From: the human T2T-CHM13v2.0 reference genome, Homo sapiens
Length of the DNA stretch: 64,000 nucleotides
Direction: 5' to 3' (one strand)
NCBI RefSeq assembly: GCF_009914755.1
Contig: NC_060926.1
Shown here: positions 58,700-64,000 of the stretch, one piece after another
Layout of the letters: each line of letters starts with the position of its first letter
Numbering within the stretch: position 1 is the first letter of the stretch
Program-made: the position numbers and the translations under genes
Notes under the pieces: generated by a model
What the model was told of the DNA's origin: nothing
The model's database searches: none
The model's input: the letters and a program-made list of their open reading frames with translations, nothing else

Positions 58700-59494
58700 T
58701 TATTAAAGGACAATAAGTACTAGAGAGAAGAATAAAACAGGGAAGAGGAAAAGGAAAGGCTTGGAATGTTGGTGCCATTTTAAACAGGACAGCCAGGAAA
58801 GGGCTCACTCAAGAGGTAACATTTGAGCCTAGATTTTAAGAAGGTGAGCATGGGAGCCACGCAGATATCCGAGAGAATACTTCGGGGACAGCACGTACGA
58901 GGGCTCCAGGCCTTTGCTTCCAGCTTCTGAACAGTACCTCGTGGTGTGCTTCTCCCATACTTAACTCATGAATTCTCTGGTCATGGACTTCTAGTGGCCC
59001 TGTGTGAGAAGCTCACTGACGAATATACCCCCAGAAAGAGGTGGATGGATCCTGGGGTACACAGGTAATTCAACCAAGTACTTCTGGATTTTCCTCTAGA
59101 ATAGCCACATTTGTCTTCACCAGTAGCAGCTCATCATGGTTATGACATGTCTGCCATGATCTTTCTTCAGATTTCTAATTTTTGCCAAGATGATGAAAAC
59201 AAAATGATATGTCATTGTTTTTTAAAAGAGAATGGCTCCTTTTTTACCATTTTTAACTGTGGTAAAAAAAATGTAATAAAATTTGCCATTTTTTCCATTT
59301 TTAAGTGTACAATACAGTAGCAGTAATTACATTCATAATATTGTGCAACCATCACTACTATTTCCAAAATTCTTCATCACTGCAAGTGAGCATCTCTTCA
59401 TATGCTTTTCAATACATTTATATTTGATTTTGCCTTATTTACCATAAGAAAACAAGTTAAACTATTATAGTAAAAGAAAAGAAGCTCTAAGTCT

Positions 59495-60045
<551 letters not shown>

Positions 60046-60099
60046 AGCATTAGTAGTAGTAGTATTAGGAATAATGTGATTATGAATTATGCTTAGGCT

Positions 60100-61610
60100 G
60101 CCATTCTGAACCTGCCCTAATTCAAGTGGTAGGACAGGGGATCCTCAGTGTTACAGCATTATCATCCTTACCACCAAAGAACCTGGGCTCAGAATTTAGT
60201 GGAGGAATAAAGAGGATTGAGAAATAATTTCATTGCAGAACCAAAAGAAGTAAGGGTAAAAATGATTAAATAACATTCAAATCATTATCTCCCTTTTTTT
60301 AGTCTTCATGTTCCTTTAATGGAGCAAGATTCCTGATCAGTGTACAGTGATGTATTTATTTAACAGTGACCTGTGCAGAAATTACATACTATCCATCTAG
60401 ATAGCTTGCTACACTTCGCCTATTGATGGAATCATTCCATTTATCAAGTTTTATACATCAAAAAGCTTTGAATTTCATCAGGCTCTTCATTAATTCACCT
60501 CTGAAAAAGTGGCATTTAATTTCAGCTACCATGTTTTAATAGCATTAAAAAGCTTATGCATCTCTGCACAATGGCATTGAGCAGATGAATTCCACCCAGA
60601 TTCACATAGTCACATTTGAGAGCTTTAGACCAGAGAGCTGGGCCAAAGTTACTCCTAATCAACACAGACTTCTTACCGTGAGAGCCTATCTTCTCGGCCA
60701 CATTTTATATAGCCAATGAAGACGTGCCAGCAACCATCCCATGTATAACTTGGCATTAGAGCACAAGATCTGTCAAACAATTATCTTAAATAAGGAGCAG
60801 TTCCAGGGCCAACAGATGAGGACAGGAGGCTTCTCGAATGGAAGAAGGTTCTCCTCCCTAGCTGCGTGAGTGCACACTCCCCAGCAGGAGGAGGAATGAC
60901 TCTTTGCTACCTTCTCCTGTGCTTGAAAACAGATGCTCTGCCACACTGATGGACACTGGAATCTCAAGATCTGCCAGATGTACTTTTTTTTGGTCTGATT
61001 TTTTTTTAATGATGTGATACGTTAATACACATTTTGAATCTGAATCTCTTAGATTTCATTGATGACACTAATATATAAATAACTAAAACTGGCAGATTTC
61101 ATGTGAGATTATTCATCAGTATTTTTTTTGAAACATGAGTCAGGTTTTGCTTCCCACTATGATTATCTTGTGTCCTGTAACTACCAGCATATAATTGAGT
61201 CATTTCATAAAACTTGCCAAAACGCAGAAAGGACTGAAGCAAAACAAAACAAAAAAATAGCATTAATATGTAGGAAAAAGTACATATTTTCAATTCAAAA
61301 GTGGGAGTCCAGTAGAATAAGTTTGAGAGTGTTTGCACAGTTTTCCTTCTTTGTGCAGTTCAGTCCAGCTGTTCACTAGCTTTTGAAAAAGAAAGAAAAA
61401 ATTGAATTGCCCCTGCTGAAGTAATTTTTAAAACATATCTTTTACTTTCCATTTTTATCTAAGTGGTCCTCCTCTACTTTTTAGAATGTCAAATTGTAGA
61501 ATTTGCTTACTGAAAGTTTGTGCTTTGGGCTACAAAAGAATATTTAGAAATCCTTACAAAAAAAAAAAAAAAAAAAGCAGTGGGAGTGGAAATTTGAAAG
61601 AGGACCGCCT
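60100..61610 (+). promoter_or_regulatory. VIT: Putative VIT promoter and proximal upstream region (CpG-poor)
   Basis: About 1.5 kb without recognisable repeats directly upstream of the first exon; poly(A) tract at ~61558-61576. Inferred from position only. Confidence 0.5.
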
Positions 61611-61894
61611 AATTCAGCACTAAAACCAGTGTGAGAAGCAGTATGTGTGAGCATGTGTGTGTGTGTATGTGTGTGTGGGGGGGTGTAAAATGTGTTTTTC
61701 AAAGTACTGAGAGGTTGATGGGACTGTTCGATTAGCTCCTCTGAGAAGAAGAGAAAAGGTTCTTGGACCTCTCCCTGTTTCTTCCTTAGAATAATTTGGA
61801 TGGGATTTGTGATGCAGGAAAGCCTAAGGGAAAAAGAATATTCATTCTGTGTGGTGAAAATTTTTTGAAAAAAAAATTGCCTTCTTCAAACAAG
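61610..61894 (+). other. VIT: Non-coding first exon (5' UTR) of vitrin; intron 1 runs past the window end
   Basis: GAGAAGAAGAGAAAAGGTTCTTGGACCTCTCCC...TTGCCTTCTTCAAACAAG matches my recollection of the VIT cDNA leader; followed by donor CAAG|GTATGT (GT at 61895). Start is approximate. Confidence 0.72.
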
Positions 61895-63309
61895 GTATGT
61901 CTGATGAATTTCTAAGCTGTGTATATAGTTACTTTCCATTCATTATCATTGAAATGTATTTGTCTTTAAGAAACTACAATACAAAGCTTGACCGAGTAAG
62001 CAAATTTCAGTTTCAAGAGAGTTGAGATGAAAGTGGATGGTACTTGGCATCCTTGTAAACAACTAGTAATATACATATATATTTATCAATTATAAATAAA
62101 CTGCATTGATATTAATATTATAACAAGATTTTTACTGTTCCTTTAAACCAATTTAATTATGGTTACAAATAAGTTGAAAAGTATGACATTTGTGTAGAAT
62201 TTTAAAGTAATTTAAGTCTCTATTATCTTGCTTTTTTAAAAACTTTGCTTGGAATATGTGGAATGTAATAGCAATATAGCAAATTGCTTATAAAGATTGT
62301 GAATGGCAGTATGAGAAATGGGCACATTGGTGCTAACTTAAAGGAGAAACTATTTCGTGTGGATCTCTACTTCTCTCTATTCAGACAGATTTCAGTGGAA
62401 TGTGGCTAGATGTGCGATTCTGTGTCTTGTTTACACTTAAAGTGTTTTCTTAGGCTGAATGCTTCTGTTACTGATAAGCCCAACAAGGGGCTGGCATTGT
62501 TAAGTCTGCCATCGTAGCTCAGCTTTTCACAGGAAGACAGGATATGAAATCTCTTTTAAGTATGATTTGTGTCCAACTAGTATAAACATGAAATAAACGC
62601 CTCAAGCACAGGTTAAAGAGAGAGGATAAGACTGAATAATTAGACATGACAGTTTTCTCCAAACAACCCACAGCATCTTTGCCATTCCTAAATCAAGAGT
62701 GGAATTAAAAATTTTCTTTGGACTTATTGTAAAAATAAAACCAAGCATTCTTGGCCGTGGTGGTTGCTCAAAATTGCGTGTGCTAAGAAAATAGTATTTT
62801 GCCGTTACGTTGTGTTGCAATAAATTTGGAAGTTTTGGTGGTAAAGTTCTGAGGTTGTTTTTCCCTTGGTCTCTTGAAAGATGAAAACACCCTGCAGCAA
62901 AGCAGGATCAAACACTGTTTGTTTGTGTATTTTCTCTCTATGTGTGTTAGCTGCAAGTGGTAGCTAGTGCTGGTAGGAGAGCTGGAAGTGCCCATCTTTT
63001 ATTTATTGAATTAAAATACCCTCTTTTGTACAAAAAGCTTTAGACAAAGAATTACAAGATTGCAAAGACTAGCATTTTTTATTGCAATATGCTGGTTTCC
63101 CAGACTAAGCTTCATTTAAATATATCTTATGCCTCACCACTAAAAAAAATAAAAATACCTTAGGAAGATTGGAAATGCTTAATATCTATCCTAAAACTGT
63201 TTAATTCATGAATATTGTTAAGAAGATCTGTCTTTTCCACCAAGTTACTGATCACATGAAGAATAGTTTCTTTCAGAGAAAATACATGAGGTTTGAGAAT
63301 GGTTCTCAG

Positions 63310-63530
63310 CTATGATTCCTATAAGACACATTGAATACAGGAAAGCAGTATGGTTCAATGCATGCGCCAAGCCAGGAGTCCTAAATTATAGTAACAGCTC
63401 TGCCACTACCTATTACCTTGGAAAACATATATAACATTTCTTGACTTTTGTTTCTCTCTTTGGAAAACAGAAATAGCAATGCCTGTACACCCTCCCTCCC
63501 AGGGCGGCCACAAGGGTCAATAGTGGTTCT
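63310..63530 (+). mobile_element. MIR
   Basis: CAGCTCTGCCACTACCTATTACCTTGGAAAAC core. Confidence 0.7.
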
Positions 63531-63532
63531 CA

Positions 63533-63904
<372 letters not shown>

Positions 63905-64000
63905 TTATTCCCCACATATTAAAAAAAAAAAAGATTACTTTAGAAAGCATTTATATAATAAAAACTTCATGGCCCCCAACATGTTCCCATGATGCTGTGT

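Overview
Primate (human-like), AT-rich, repeat-dense genomic DNA with no intact protein-coding sequence. The ORF track is almost all Alu, L1 and LTR noise. Two landmarks place the window. One is a decayed, intronless RACK1 (GNB2L1) processed pseudogene on the minus strand at ~21.2-21.9 kb. The other is a non-coding first exon ending in a CAAG|GTATGT donor at 61894, which I recognise from memory as the VIT (vitrin) 5' UTR. That would make this the FEZ2-VIT intergenic interval on human 2p22, recalled but not verified by alignment. Main mobile elements: an ERV1 remnant (LTR8-type LTR, tRNA-Pro PBS, leader) split by a near-full-length L1MA-type LINE, a solo LTR33, LTR16/MST/MLT LTRs, Tigger and hAT DNA transposons, a rare SVA2, a solo LTR12C about 7 kb upstream of and co-oriented with the VIT exon, and about 15 Alus. 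The least explained signals: a 31-bp-stem L2-derived hairpin resembling a pre-miRNA (23031-23113), several locally templated duplications and inversions (10.2-11.2, 29.9-31.2 and 52.2-55.7 kb), and a uORF-rich VIT leader threaded by a TG repeat. I found no convincing new multi-component biological system. Repeat subfamily names and most boundaries are by-eye estimates.
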